Below are positions 63,749 to 64,000 of a stretch of DNA of 64,000 nt, piece after piece. A program made the position numbers and the translations under genes. The stretch lies in contig CM052817.1 in assembly GCA_028534125.1 (NCBI GenBank), positions 43,650,001 to 43,714,000 on the forward strand. Direction: 5' to 3'. A model generated the notes under the pieces. That model was given only the letters and a program-made list of their open reading frames with translations. It had not been told where the DNA came from and did no database searches. How positions within the stretch are numbered: the first letter of the stretch is position 1; every line of letters begins with the position of its first letter. The stretch is from Lama glama. Its lineage: Eukaryota.

Positions 63749-64000
63749 CATATCTTAGTCCATTTAGGCTGCTATAACGAAATGCCATAGACTGAGTGAC
63801 TTATAAACAACAGAAACTTATTGTCCACAGTTCTGGAGGCTGGGAAGTTCAAGATGAATGTGCAGGCAGATGCAGTGTCTGGTGAGGGCTTCCTGGTTCA
63901 TGGACAGTTGACTTCTGGCTGTAACCTCACATGGCAGAAAGGGAAGGAAGCTCTCTGGAGCCTCTTTTACAAGGGCACTAATCCCATTCATGATGAGTCC
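63749..64000 (-). mobile_element. MLT1A-like MaLR LTR, running off the window
   Basis: 'tcttagtccatttaggctgctataac...cacagttctggaggctgggaagttcaagat...aagggcactaatcccattcatga'. Confidence 0.9.

Noticed and set aside
1..64000. Gene symbol; tRNA, rRNA, snRNA, processed pseudogene, CRISPR or prokaryote-type system
   Set aside because: No coding exon or RNA gene recognised, and the sequence is ordinary mammalian intron and promoter; naming the gene needs BLASTN of the candidate exons

Overview
Mammalian genomic DNA, probably camelid: it has camelid-like young L1 3' ends and a camelid-type SINE tail, and I saw no Alu, BovB/Bov-tA or PRE-1. The window most likely holds the 5' part of a large minus-strand gene. 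A two-part CpG-island promoter lies at ~52.85-55.7 kb, followed by ~53 kb of intron with several short, probably 5'UTR, candidate exons (best: 54388-54491, 20907-20964, 691-744, 363-387). The ~8 kb upstream of the island is repeat-dense. I could not identify the gene or support any protein-coding CDS; the ORF track is largely L1/L2/MIR remnants, simple repeats and GC-rich chance ORFs. Repeat families were called by eye from remembered consensus sequences, so subfamilies and boundaries are approximate. No clearly novel multi-gene system is evident. The best leads concern splicing and translation control: a recursive-splice-site-like motif with a 21-nt RS-exon, a 25-nt microexon behind a 173-nt AG-exclusion zone, and splice-dependent uORFs. 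The promoter also carries SRE-like, kappaB and G-quadruplex motifs.
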